A DNA stretch of 64,000 bases from Octopus vulgaris (lineage: Eukaryota): NCBI GenBank assembly GCA_951406725.2, contig OX597821.1, positions 35,092,001 to 35,156,000 on the forward strand, written 5' to 3'. This document shows, in pieces, positions 25,069 to 38,507 of this stretch (positions within the stretch are counted from its first letter, which is position 1; each line of letters starts with the position of its first letter). A program made the position numbers and the translations under genes. The notes below the pieces were generated by a model. That model searched no databases and was not told where the DNA came from. It was given only the letters and a program-made list of their open reading frames with translations.

Positions 25069-25259
25069 CAAGGAAAAATTGTAAAAATGCAGAATGCTAA
25101 ATTGAAAGAAAGTTTTAATAAATGGGTGTATGGAAAAAGTTTTTGAAAAATTGATAAAATATATAAATATATATTAATTAATTCAAACCGGTTTTCGTCA
25201 TAATGTGACTCTTCAAGAATTGTAAGGAAATATATATATATATATATATATAAAATATA

Positions 25260-26365
25260 CAGGGTGCGTAAGATATTGAGGACAGATTTATGTTTAAAAG
25301 AAACAGATAAATAATAAGAGATAATAAATTTATTTATCAAAAAATGTTATAAGGATAAAAATAAACATACTTTTCTATAATTGTATTCAATAAAGCCACA
25401 TTCAGCTTCAACAACTGGTTCAATATGAGATCTAAATCATCTACATGCTCGAATCACGTGGTCCTTGTTCATTTTGGACATTACTCTGACTATGGCAGCT
25501 TTCAAAAAATCTTTAGTGTGATGGGAGTGTTCATTGACCACTCTCCCAACAACGCTCCGCATGTAATAGTCCAATGAATTGCGATCTGGGGAATTAGGAG
25601 GCGAAGTTTTAGGGGTTATGTGATCATGAACATTTTCAGCCATCCATTCGTGTGTTACTAGAGCTATGTGTGATAGTGCAGAGTCTTACTGAAACACATA
25701 TGGCCTTCCATTGCATACACTGTATATCCAGGGCTTAACAATTATTTCCAGGACCTCAATGTAGGCGGTAGAGTTAACTCTAAGGCCTTGTGGAAAGAAG
25801 TAAGATAGCATCACATGTCCTTCATTACTGATAACCCCTAAAACAAGACAGTTGCAAGATATTTTGTACGCATTACACTTGGAATTACAGAAGGGTATGC
25901 ACATAACCATCTGTCATTTCTTCTGTTAACTTTTTGATCCTGGTTGAAGTGTTCTCGTTTGATAAAAACCAGATTAAGTCTTCTGCTGGATTTTCCCGTT
26001 TGTTTAAAAGCCTTTTCGATCTGATGTAGTGAGTTTGTTTTGCTTTTTCTAGCAAATTGACCTTTCCTCATCATGTAAGACTTATATATCATGTCTTGGT
26101 ACACAATGATTCTGACTGTTCCTTCAGACACATGGAGATTTTTTGAAATTGACCTCATGAACTTGCTGGGATTGTAATCAATGATCTGTTGAACTTAGGT
26201 GTTCTGATAATTTCAGAACGTTTAGAATGCTTTTTATGCTTTGACACTGGTGAACTGTTTCCATCTTCAGTCTCTAGCTCCTTACACAATATTTGTAAAC
26301 AAAAATCGAGATATTTCTAAATCGCTATGCTCAACCTTTATAACCACAATAGCAACATGCCTCTT
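25260..26365 (-). pseudogene. degenerate DD37D (maT-type) Tc1/mariner transposon
   Basis: Fragments MRSISKNLHVSEGTVR, LGVISNEGHV, RPYVFQ*DSA...SPDRNSLDYY with 37 residues between the 2nd and 3rd D; TA-cagggtg end at 25258-25268; several stops and frameshifts. Confidence 0.88.
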
Positions 26366-26860
26366 CATTTCTTGAGTAAGCTAAAGGTCTGCTATTATTA
26401 TTTTCTGAAACAAAGATTATACAGAGTTGGCAAAAAATGCAGCAATTACGCACAAAAGGTATGTTCTCAAATACCTTATGCACACGCACACACAAACACA
26501 CGTATACACAAGCATAAACACATTGATGAATTATGCAGAATTATTCAAATCAGGTCCAGTAAAGCATTACTCTTCCATGCTTTTTTTTTGTTTTAGACCG
26601 TATTCAAGGCTCGATTCTGAGGCAGAGTTGCATCCAACAATTATGTAAGTCTACACATAAGAACTTCTGTAAGATCTTACATAATTAATCGAAAAATGTG
26701 TATTAAATGCATTCAAAATATAAGCAATTGGTTTTCTCCAGACGGAACCAAATGATTTTTCGAGACGTTCACCGCACTCTACGGTGTTACAAACATCATA
26801 TCAGGTAAGTTGGATTTGCTAATTAATATTCGTTACAAACTCTATTTCTGTCGTTAATAG

Positions 26861-26943
<83 letters not shown>

Positions 26944-27166
26944 ATGTATGTATATATAGGCAGATATAGGTATACAAACATACGCTCACGAGCACACTCA
27001 CGAGCACACCCACGACACTCAGTATATATTTTTGTCTAGATGAATATACATACATACAACATATATATATATATATATATATAAACCACGCTTATTCACC
27101 TCTACATATTGGATTATTTACTAATGTCTGTGTATGCATGTGCGTGTTTCCTTGTGCATGTGTTCG

Positions 27167-27206
<40 letters not shown>

Positions 27207-27656
27207 TGTGTGCTGCACAGTTCTACAAGTCTATATATTTACGGTAAATTTCTGATGGAAAGTATCTAGAAAACAATTTCAACAACATTCTATTTCACTG
27301 ATCTACCTGTTTCCAGACAAGGAAAAAAAAACAGAAATAAAAATAGCTTCATAGAGCAGACGTAATGACAAAACCAATTGACGTTCGGAAAATAAATGAA
27401 AGAAAATTCTAACCAAACAATAACAATATGATGTTATTTGTGTAGTTGCTTTCTGATCTATTTCTCTTGGCGTATGTTGAATAATTAACTCCATATTCTA
27501 TAGGGAAAAAAATCTCAACTGGTCATCCTTTTAGATAGAAAATGGCGCTATCCTCTTCAGACGTGAAAGCATATAAAATTGATTTAAACATCAGTATTTG
27601 AATATTCTCCTCTAGGAGTATGTTGACTTCACTTAGTTTACAAAAGTTATCCACTT

Positions 27657-27690
<34 letters not shown>

Positions 27691-27692
<2 letters not shown>

Positions 27693-27871
27693 TATTTCGT
27701 CTGTCATTACGTTGTGAGTTCAAATTCCGCCGAGGTCGACTTTGTCTTTCATCCTTTCGGGGTCGATAAATTAAGTACCAGTTACCCACTGGGGTCGATG
27801 TAATCGACTTAATCCCTTTGTCTGTCCTTGTTTGTCTCCTCTATGTGGTAGTCCCATTGTAGGTAGTAAAG

Positions 27872-27875
<4 letters not shown>
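27691..27875 (+). mobile_element. SINE family B, 5'-truncated, between (TA)n tracts
   Basis: Meta-like middle and gtttgtctcctctatg...gtagtaaagaaata tail. Confidence 0.85.
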
Positions 27876-27908
<33 letters not shown>

Positions 27909-28509
27909 CAAGAGAGAGAGATTTTTCGGTATTTCGTCCGTCTTTACGTTCTAAGTTCAAAATTCCGTCGGGGTAGAGCTTACAATTCATCCTTTTGTGT
28001 TCGACAAGATAATTACCAGCTGATAATTATTTGGGCCTTGTTTCCAAAATGCGAAACCAATATTTCTTGCTCTGAAATGTGTGTTCGAACTCGACGTCGC
28101 GATTGTTTACCATCATATGGATTATGAAATTATTTCAGTTAATCAATCCTTCAATTGGTTAATATGTATCTCTCTTCGTGACCGGAAGGCTTACTCGTCT
28201 CCCTAAATTTACTTTATGGAGCTGGATAATCTCATATCACTTCTACTCAGATCCACTTCATCAACTCCTTTCTTGTTCCTCTCGTCCCCTCATTCTGGCC
28301 TAACACTAACTGCTATGATCAAGGGTTTCTTGTCATTAGAATTTCACTCTTCTGAAATTACTTCTGCTTTCATTTTCCTTCTTCAATTCGCAGTTGTTTA
28401 TGAGGATTAAAAACCCACCGTTTTGGAAGCACCTAAAATCCACGAACCGGTTATCCAAGACTTCGTGAACTGGCAACTGAACCCAGTTTCTGTAGTCAAG
28501 ATATCAGCT

Positions 28510-28720
28510 TCAAATTTTGGCATAAGGCCGGCAGTTTAGGGCGGAAAACGGCCAAGTCGATTATATCGACCCGGCCCCAGTGCTCAACTCTCGTACTTAT
28601 TTTATCGACCCTGAAAGGGATGACAAGCAAAGTCAACTTCGACGGAACCTTAGAGACGCACGAAGTGGTGCAAGGTACCTTGGCCGGCGTGTTAACGATA
28701 CTGCCATCTCGTCGCCTTAT
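28510..28720 (-). mobile_element. SINE family B, alternative tail, degenerate
   Basis: tttatcgaccctgaaagggatgacaagcaaagtcaac. Confidence 0.65.
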
Positions 28721-28880
28721 CTGTTAGATATTTTATTTAATGCCGTGGCTGTTATACACACATAAATTTCTATTATAAAATAGTGCCAAAATAAGAGGCA
28801 ATGCAACGCAATAACACCAAATGAAATTAAAGATAGAAATCTAAAAAAGAAATGCGAACATATATTTCAATATCTAAATC

Positions 28881-28966
28881 ATGTTTATTAAAAGCAAATT
28901 GTGCTTAATGAATAATGTTTATTGAAAACTAATTGTGTTTAATGAATAATGTTTATTAAAAGCAAA
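28881..28966. repeat. ~34-bp minisatellite, about 2.5 copies
   Basis: atgtttattaaaagcaaattgtgcttaatgaata repeated. Confidence 0.8.
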
Positions 28967-29649
28967 CGTGTGATCATGTTCTTAAGTAAAATAAAATCAA
29001 TTATTTTTAATGACCTTTGACTGTTAGTGTGAATATTTTTTTAAGAGAAAAACGAAAATATTTCATTTTGTTCTCCTCAGATAGAAAAAAAAAATCATAT
29101 TATTTAATGTTTGTTTCATTAAACACACTTGGCAATATTTTGAATAAAACTCATTCCACCCCATCGCTACACTAACCGTAGATTTAAAAAAGAATAGTTG
29201 TTGGGGAAATAAAATTTCATCGTAATTAAAAATTAAGGCAAAATTTTCTCATTATAAAAATAAATTACTTTTGAAAATAAATTCGTGATTATTTTTACTT
29301 CAACATTGATTAAATCTACGTACTCGAATGTGGGCGTGACGCCATACAGACGAACAAATTGAATAAAGAATACGCTGTATTGAGTTTCTTATTTTCGCTG
29401 TCCAAACCCACGACTGGCGTTTGAATAGTGCAATTATTTGTAAAGTATAAATCGGCCCAGCCCTGCACCAGCCAACTAAGGAGCTTTTACATGGTAGCTC
29501 GGCCTGCAACAAAACCTCTATCATATCACACCGTATCGTCATAAAGAGGGAAGATCGTACTGGATAGTGTGTGTGTTTGTGTATTATATATATATATCAA
29601 TTATATATATATATATAGTGTATATATATATATATATATATATTATAAA

Positions 29650-30020
29650 TAGATTAGTGTTCACTTCCGGATTCTATCACTCTGTGAAAGTTTCTAGTTC
29701 GAATCACACGTGTCTCGAGGTGTGCCGAAGATTTTTCTATTTTGGATATATTTGGGGTACTTAAGTCTGCTCGGGACTTGGTGCTTGCTTCTTCCGTGAG
29801 TATGAATAAGTATTTCATTTACATCTCGCGTATGTGCCGCTGAAGAGGGGAAAATTTCTTGTGAATTAACCCCGAAATTGGACCAATACGGTAATAACGA
29901 ATTTTTTAGAGATTTCTATCGGTTTGTTTCGAGACGCATAAATTTAATGGTTATCGACAAATTTCTTGTTTCGGCGTATCTGGCATTATAATTTTTCTTC
30001 TGCCCTTATCTTGTAAATTA
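29650..30020 (+). mobile_element. probable Penelope-pLTR fragment with hammerhead-like core, between (TA)n tracts
   Basis: CTGAAGA-gggg-(loop)-cccc-GAAA at 29840-29877. Confidence 0.45.
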
Positions 30021-30299
30021 TATATATATATACTCAATAATAATAAGGGTAAAATTAATTAATTAATTAGTAATTAATTACTTTACCAAGCAGTGTTCAG
30101 AATGTAAAAGGACCATTTACGGTAAATATAAACATTACTTTCTATAGCCGAGACTCTTTTTATAGTAGTGGAAATAGCTAAATTCTTTGGCTGCTATTTC
30201 TAAAAGTTCGGTGTGTGGTAAAGCGATTTTTTTTTCTGAACCCTAATTATATAAAGTAATGTTTATATATATATATATATATATATATACATAATCCAT

Positions 30300-30525
30300 T
30301 CTACTGGAGGAACAAGGCTTCAGATATGTGGGGAGGGGGACTAGTCACTTACATCGACAGTGTTTCACTGGTGCTTAATTTATTGCCAGCTCACCACCTT
30401 AGATAGATAATAGTTATGAGCTAAAGTCGACCTAAGCGGAATTTGAACTCAGAACGTAGCAACAGGCTAGATACCGCTAAGCAGTTCGTCCGATGTGCTA
30501 ACGTTTCTGCCAGCTCACCACCTTA
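30300..30525 (-). mobile_element. SINE family B, alternative tail, with an internal templated duplication
   Basis: Family B motifs; 39-bp repeat at 30384-30422 and 30508-30546. Confidence 0.75.
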
Positions 30526-30660
30526 GATAGATAATAGTTATGAGCTTTAATCTTATAAGTGATCACCGTGTATTGGCTAAAGAAAATAGTCACGATGAAC
30601 GCTTATAAGCATAAAACATGATTATTATCATTTATAGAATTTTTACTCGTCACCGTTTCA

Positions 30661-30800
30661 GATCTTTTCGGTTTGACCGGCAGTTTTTTAAAATAATTTC
30701 CACGTAACTAAACACTTTTAAACTTCGTATACTGGTAGAATGTGTTTATAAAACATCTTTTCTCTTGGCTTTATTGAGAAAATTCTATAGTTTGTAAGAT
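30661..30800. mobile_element. TAACCC-MITE, left-end fragment (copy 2)
   Basis: gatcttttcggtttgaccggcagtttttt...aattctatagtttgtaagat. Confidence 0.85.
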
Positions 30801-31604
30801 GAACGCTTATACAGCCTACAACGGCTTTAATAAGTTCAATATTAATAATTTCAACAATTACTTTCTCCCATCACCGGGAAAAAGCACAAAAATTTTCAAA
30901 GTTCCACGATGTTTAACATTTCAAAAATATTCAACAATAGACAACAATTCTGATTTTTTATTACCCACAAGAGGCGCAATAGACAACAATTCGAATAGAA
31001 AAAATTATCCACGTGCAACAAAACGTTTGACTCACCGCCCCCCAAAAAAAGATGTCTGTCTTCGACAAAGGTAAGGAAGATACTTACCACACAGCCACTC
31101 CTGCTAAAATTAATTAACAATAGTTTCATTCAAAATTTCGTTCACAAGTGGTTATTTTTTTCTGTGGTAAAACTTGTTTTATAGTCGGTTTAATCGGTTC
31201 AGATATCGTATAAAGATGCTTCAAGTTACTATCTTTCATAGATACCTTACAATCCTTAAAATCCGTGAAAAATTGTGGGAGATAAGTCGCCAGCAAACCG
31301 AGCACCGAATGCAATTTCAATCCCAGATTTCAGAAGATTTTCAAAAACACAAATGTCCCAAGTACAGAGTGAAAACTTAATTCTCCGGGAGATATTGATG
31401 CATGAACATCACCAATCACATTAATTTCCTCTAAAGATTCGTATTGGTGTCTTTAAGTAATGAACGTGAATTAAAAACTATAGTGTACTCGCCTGAAAAC
31501 ACAACAGAATTTAATTTTGTGTCGACAAAATCAAAATAATGAATACATTAATATACTGAAACTTGGTGGTCAATCTAGTTCTTCTTCAAAATGGAATTCA
31601 TCTT

Positions 31605-32040
31605 GGATCTTTTCGGTTTGAACGGCAGTTTTTAACATAATTTCTAGGTAACTAAAAATTTCAAACTGCGTATACTGGTAGAATGCGTTTATAAAACATC
31701 TTTTTTCTCTTGGCTTTATTGAGAAAATTCCTATAGTTTGTAAGATATTTGCTGCTTTTTTCTTCAATTTCTGCAATTTCAACCAATCACTGACGTCTAT
31801 TGAGGTAAAAAAAACATTCTTTGCCTTATGAATATGTCCCTCGTTTAAGAAACATTGGTTTTATTTACATTTGTGAAGAAAAAAAGATACCCTTCCCCCC
31901 ACCCCTAACCCTAACTAACCCTAATAACCCTAACCCTAAAATAGATTGAAATGCATTAGATCGATACTAGGGTCATAATTGTGGGTGACAATTTCATATG
32001 ACACCGCTAGAAAAAACTACCGTTCAAACCGAAAAGATCC
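31605..32040. mobile_element. TAACCC-MITE, copy 3
   Basis: Both TIRs present; ttcatct duplicated on both flanks; ccctaaccctaactaaccctaataaccctaaccctaa at about 31903-31939. Confidence 0.9.
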
Positions 32041-32184
32041 CTTCATCTGTAAGTTGAGAGGTACGGTAGGACTAATTACTACACTGTAGTAATTAGTATT
32101 TCCATTTTACAAGTCTAACTTAAGTTGATGTTGTATTTGATTTTCATCTTTCGAGGGTTGATGAAATATATTCCAATAATATAT

Positions 32185-32392
32185 TGGCTTCAGATTTTGT
32201 CACTTCTGATGGGAAGGGGTTAAGTTGATTAGATCAATACCAGTACTCAACTGGTACTTATTTTATCCACTCCGAAAGGAAAAAAAGGCAAAGTCGACCT
32301 CGGCAGAATTTGAACGCTGAACGCAAAGACGGACGAAATGCCGCTAAGCATTTTGTCCAGCGTGCTAACGATTCTGCCTGTTCGCCGCCTTA
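32185..32392 (-). mobile_element. SINE family B, alternative tail
   Basis: aaggcggcgaacaggcagaatcgttagcacgc head on the minus strand. Confidence 0.75.
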
Positions 32393-34808
32393 TCCCAGTT
32401 AAAAGTTACTTACCTAATGTTCTTTCCCCCTTTGTTGTATACACCCCCGACGATTTTTTTCAAATGGCCACTTGTTCTTGGTTTTAAAATTTAATTGCTG
32501 CTTCTTGAACGTTTTTTCTAAGTATGGATGTTGACCTCATTTACTCCAGAGAGGTGTTCCATCCTTTGACATATTCAGCATGAAAGGCCCTACCAGGAAC
32601 TTGTGCTCCGCTGGTATGGCTTCCAGGGTCAACGAAGGGAAGAAGACGCAAGACCGCCACAAGAACTAGACCTCGTGGTGGCAGTAGATACATGGATGGA
32701 CTAATATTCTGCAGCAGTGAAAAATATTATTTTAATAACTAGTCAAATCAAATCAATAAGAAGCACAGTATATGCATTTTTTCTTTATCAGATATTTCAC
32801 CACGTTGACTTTATTTCTCTTCTTCCTCTGCATTTCATTAATTTAATAATAGTTTTGCAAAAGATGATCAAAATCGGAATTTTATAGTTTTCCTATTAGA
32901 ATTGCAACTGGATTAGATTTCTGCATACAAATGTTAGAAAAACAAGTGATGTATTTCGTGTGCAGGTTATTGAGGTCGGTCACAACGGAATTCAATTATT
33001 CCAATCCTCTAACCTTAAGCTACAGCTGGTGATTTATTAGATAAGAAGCTTAAAAATAAAATAGAAAAAATTCAAGAAAATAAAATATTTTGTGACAGAT
33101 AATAAAATTTTATTTTTCACACATTTTTTAAAGAAAAAAAAGAACCAGCAATAAAATAAAAGAATCAAGTAACAAATGGTAATGACCCTTACAAACACAC
33201 TAAAACACAGTCTCTCACAAGCATACACAAAACCATATAAATATATTTATACAGATACAGACATACAAACATACATGTATACGTACATAGGTGGATCTCG
33301 AAAGATAAAACCACACAGATGGGGATACACGATCATCTGAGCACACAGACGCAAGCATTTCTAATGAGCACATTTATACAAACGCACATTGAATGACGAC
33401 GCCCGCACAAACAAGCATAAACAGTGAAATATATGAAGATACGGATACAAGCAAACACCCACACGCACACGCACTTATTCAGTATTATTCAGCAATACAA
33501 AGCATACTTATACATGTTACCACCAAACACTTAAGCATTCGTACATATACGCACATACATTCACACATATTTAAAAACTCAGCACTCAAATTATTTAAAC
33601 TCAGAATTAATACAATGCTGGCTCTTCATACTTAGCAGTTATAACGTACAGTATTATAATAGCATATATCATCACCACGAACATAAGAATTCGCAATGAC
33701 ACACGCAAACACACATAATCCCACACACCAACAGGACACTGATAGAATGGAATTTCCTTGTCTTCATATGATTTCAAAATGTACCATAGTCGGATTTATT
33801 TCGGTAAATAAACAATTCCTTACATAGATATAGATCTTTATATATACAAAAGAAAAAGATAAGACTATTCCAAGACGAACATGCATTTCCCAAGGGCATT
33901 TACCATATGATGGTATCTGTTCCATATGTACCAGGTTATAATTTTGGTCTGCACTATGTCTTCTCTGTTAAATGTGAAAAAATAAATGATACACAGATTA
34001 AGAATTCAGGGAACTTTACAAGTGAATAAAAGGATAGCCAGTCGTTCATAACTCATTTCAATGACGATCCAAATGCTTTCAGTGCAGTGGCCTCAACTAA
34101 AGACGCCCAAATACCAGTGGGCGGTGTTAAACCGGACAAGAGCTTAAGTTCACTGCCTAGTATTGCAGTTGAAATGAGATACTTAGTCTATAAATCTTCG
34201 GTTAGAAACTTGATCGGGAATGCAGGCTTACACATTCGAAGATTTAGATGGCAATTGTTAAACGTAATGATTTGTCAAATAAACATTTCTGATAATGGAA
34301 TGCGAAGATAACCTCCTTCGCTTAGTACCCTCAGACCTTAATGGTATCGATCTGGTTACTTGTCTTTCTCTTCACACAAGAAGGTGTCCTTATATGGATA
34401 CTTCAAAGAGGACGCTGTGAGATTTCAAGAGTGACGTACTGTATTGAAGTGTCGATGCGAGATTATAAGTCTATGAAAAGATTCTGCAACTTTGCTAAGT
34501 GGCTGCGTGGGTATTTCCTGATTTAAGGCTGTGCTTGCGGCGCGATTTCATTTTCAATTTGGATTATTTTACATAATTTGCTTCATGTGCCATACTACGT
34601 GGCTGAAATCGCTTCCCACTTCTTGGTAGACGCCAAACCAAAGGACAAGTTTCTGCATTTGCATACTGATACATTTTTATTACCTGCAGTGTCGAGCAAA
34701 TGAAAGCTTCCGTAAAACTGAGCTGACCATGAACTTTTTATTCTTAGTGGCAATGTTTCATTTGAAGCGTTCGTCGTGTCATTCTCTTTGGTTAATACTA
34801 AAGGAAGC

Positions 34809-35250
34809 GGATCTTTTCGGTTTGAACGGCAGTTTTTAACATAATTTCTAGGTAACTAAAAAAATTTTAAATTCGTATACTGGTAGAATATGTTTATAAA
34901 ATATCTTTTTCTCTTGGCTTTATTGAGAAAATTCTATGGTTTGTAAGATATTTGTTGTTTTTTCTTCAATTTCTGCAATTTCAACCAATCAATGACCATC
35001 TATTGAGGTAAAAAAAAAAACATTCTGTGCCCAATGAATATGTCCCTCGTTTAAGATATAGATTGGGTTTATTTACATTTCTGAAGAAAAAAAGATACCC
35101 TTCCCCCACCCCTAACCCTAACTAACCCAAATTCTAACCCTAACCCTAAAACAGATTGAAATGCAATAGATCGATACTAGGGTCATAATTATGGGTGACA
35201 ATTTCATACGACACCGCTAGAAAAAACTGCCGTTCAAACCGAAAAGATGC
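34809..35250. mobile_element. TAACCC-MITE, copy 4
   Basis: Perfect 8-bp TSD aaggaagc at 34801-34808 and 35251-35258. Confidence 0.92.
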
Positions 35251-36024
35251 AAGGAAGCTTTCATTTGAAATATACTCATCATATTCTTTGAAATGTAGCA
35301 CAATCGAATTAAATACGCAGTAATCAGCAACGGGATAATGATTGGTTCTTTTCTTCCTTTCTTTTAATAAAAGAAAAGAAGAATTTTAGAACCAAATACA
35401 GATACACCGCAACTCGTTTCGATTTGAGATTTTTTCGACTTTACGTAGGTCTCAGCAAACATATTTAAAAACATAAAACGTTTAAAATAATCACCAAAAA
35501 AAGAAGTGGAAAATAGAAAAAAAAACACACATGTGAGGATATGTAAAAAGCAACAACAAAAGAAACCATCTATTAAAACAGGCATTAGCTAATTTTTTTA
35601 AATGTCTTCGTTTTACGTTACGTAGTTTTTCTAGTTAAGTCATATGTCTTGGAACCAACAACCGTATGTTGAGGCATGCCTGTTCTTTCAGTCAGAGATA
35701 ATGAAAAAAAGTTAAAGGAAATGAAAATATCTGAAGAATTCGATTCAAAGCATTAAAATCAATAGAATCAGACCGAAAAATTGATGCAAATGGATGCTAG
35801 TGATTACAGAGTTACCAATAGACGATCAAAAATGCTTGATTTTGGTTTAGATTATGTAATAGATAACTTACATTCTAATCTAAGAATCATGAAATTACTT
35901 AGAAGTAGTGCATGGAAAATAACATCACGTTTCTGGTGAGTTCTACCGGATGGACTGATTAAATGAGAAATATAAGTCTGTAAGTACATAAGCACGTAAT
36001 CAAACATACGTATACACATACATG

Positions 36025-36102
<78 letters not shown>

Positions 36103-36215
36103 CACGTGCAGATAGATACATATATATATACACGCACATATGTATGTATAGACGTATACATAAATATAAATATGTATACGTACATACATGTACAAATACA
36201 CATACATACATACAT

Positions 36216-36266
<51 letters not shown>

Positions 36267-36385
36267 CATAAAAGTTCCTGCGTAGGCATATATCGCATTG
36301 GACTGAACGAATGGTTAGATTTTTCAGACAACATGTCTTGCTTTATTTAGTTACGACCTTAAGCAGTAAAGAGTAAAGAGAAAGA

Positions 36386-36438
<53 letters not shown>

Positions 36439-36458
36439 TAGATATAGATATAGATATA

Positions 36459-37750
36459 TTCGGGGTGTGATGGGTAAATTGTCACCATTTTTAATTTTTA
36501 ATTTTGTGCATGCACTTTCTTTTTGATTTTGTCGACCACACATTACAATAGGGTCGTCAGTTGGGCCCCGTGTGTGAGAAAGACAGCATCATGACGCAAT
36601 TCACTCTGCCAGAAATTTAGAAGCGACATGCTATGCTACTTGGCATTCTCACCGGAAGTTCCAATGCGAACATTTCAGAGTGTTTGGGTATCAACTTTGA
36701 GGACAGTGCAGAGGATTCGGAAAGAGTTGGATGAGTCTAATGGTGATTACGAAGGTACGGTAGCTTGGAAAATTTACTCTGATCATTCTGATAAGAAAAG
36801 AACTCTTGAATTTGTTGGTGAGATCCAGGCCACGATTGACAATGATCCCTCCTAGTCAATCAGGTCCATCACCAGGGATCTGGGAGTGTCTGAGTTTCTT
36901 ATCAGGCAGGTAGTGCATGAAGACATCCGGTATTCCTCACACAAGATGAGAAAAAGTCAATTTTTATCCCAAGCCATCAAAGACAAGAGGAAAGACCGCA
37001 CTACGAAACTTTTGAACAAACTCAAGCATCCTTTCCACCCGAACATGCTTTGGTTTTTCTCAGACGAGAAAAATTTCTGCAAAGATCAGAGGGTGAGCAC
37101 AACCGTTGGCTAACCGTGTTCCCAAAACATGTACCGAGAGTGATAAAAATCAAACATCCAGTCAATATCATATTTGGAGTGATCACTAATGATGGCGACG
37201 TTATACTTCCATTCATCTTACCACGCGGCCTCAGACTAAATATGGAGGCCTACATCAAATACATACAGGAGTTAGTGCTGCCCTGCATCAAAAGGGTGGC
37301 TGCTGGAAGACCCTATGTCTGGCAACAGGACCTTACACCATGCCACACAGGCTGAAGAACCCAGTCATGGCTGTCAGACAATTTCTGTGACCACATCACA
37401 TCTAACATCTGGCCACCTATCTCCCCAGACTGCAACCCCCTTGATCATTATGTATGGGACACAGTTGAGAGAGAGAGAGGGAGAGGGAGAGAGAGAGAGA
37501 GAGAGCCCGACAAAACTCCTTGTAATATCAAAAATGAACTGAAGGCAAGGATTATGGCAGCATTCACCAACTTAAAAACAAGGAGACCATCCAGAAGAGA
37601 TGCAGAAGATTCTGAAGTCGTCTGGAGGCCGTGGTTGAAGCCAATGACGATTTTATTGAATAAATTTACTCTTTAGAATTCCAAGATACTTTTATGTATT
37701 TTTAGTAAATACATCTGTTAAAATGAGATGATGTGTTATTTTAATTTTTG
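36459..37750 (+). pseudogene. degenerate DD37D (maT-type) transposon, nearly full transposase (about 36591-37663)
   Basis: WFFSDEKNF, FGVITNDGDV, YVWQQD-x37-D (SPDCNPLDHYVW); in-frame stops and frameshifts. Confidence 0.92.
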
Positions 37751-37751
37751 C

Positions 37752-37962
37752 CTTCTTTGGATCTCATTGGTAGAGAATCTTTCATCCTGTTCATGAAAAC
37801 GTCATCAACAACAGATATGACGTCACCATCACCAAGTGTTTTTTCCCAACCAAGTGTTTTTCATGATGGGAGGCAGATGATAGCCAGATGATGCCAAATC
37901 AAGAGAATAGGGCGGGCGATCAACCAGATCAAAGCCACAGTCGTGCGCTGCAGCCATTGAAA

Positions 37963-37965
<3 letters not shown>
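37752..37965 (-). pseudogene. mariner transposase C-terminal fragment
   Basis: HDCGFDLVDRPPYSLDLASSGYHL resembles the mariner HPPYSPDLAPSDYHLF motif. Confidence 0.8.
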
Positions 37966-37998
<33 letters not shown>

Positions 37999-38326
37999 AA
38001 TTAACTAGTATGTAGAAGTCATGTATATTTTTGTACATCCAAAAGGAGACTGTAGACCATACTTTCATGATAATCCGAGTTTAATTTGGTTGAGTACATT
38101 TAGAAAGCAAAACAAGACAGGATACTTCCTTTATAAAATATATATTTTTAAGCTATTTATAAAATATATAATGGATCTCTTCACATGAAACTACTTATTA
38201 CTCTGTTAACCCATAAATAAAGAATATTTACCCACCGATGTGGTGTCGAGCACTCATTCTCAGAGATGAGGAATTATGTACATTATTTACATTCAACGGA
38301 TATTTGTCCTCATCTTGTTTGTTGTT

Positions 38327-38372
38327 AACACAACGTTTCGGCTGATATATTCTCCATCTTTCTTCAGGTGTC
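38327..38372 (-). ncRNA. minimal type I hammerhead ribozyme motif (stem II degenerate)
   Basis: gacac-CTGAAGA-aagatggagaatatatcagcc-GAAACGTT-gtgtt. Confidence 0.65.
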
Positions 38373-38433
38373 TTGGAGAAATTTTGAACCTGGGTTCTCA
38401 TTCCTAAGGTATTTTCCGATGTTATTATTATTA

Positions 38434-38507
38434 GGTCACTGCTTGGAATCGAACTCGGAATCTTGGGGTTAGTAACCCCGCGCTCTTAACCACTACACCA
38501 TATGCCC
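38434..38507 (-). promoter_or_regulatory. tRNA-like segment with pol III A and B boxes inside the PLE 3' region
   Basis: A box tggtgtagtgg, arm gggg-ttactaa-cccc, B box gagttcgattc; acceptor stem imperfect. Confidence 0.7.

Noticed and set aside
28881-28966. CRISPR-like repeat array
   Set aside because: Head-to-tail minisatellite without spacers, in eukaryotic DNA with no cas genes.
31903-31939. Telomere or chromosome-fusion site
   Set aside because: The TAACCC units are short, degenerate and internal to a repeated MITE.
33700-34800. Unique higher-complexity blocks (also 16650-17750 and 53090-53990) as exons
   Set aside because: No long frame, convincing splice pair or motif was found; they may be old decayed elements or regulatory DNA, which cannot be decided by eye.
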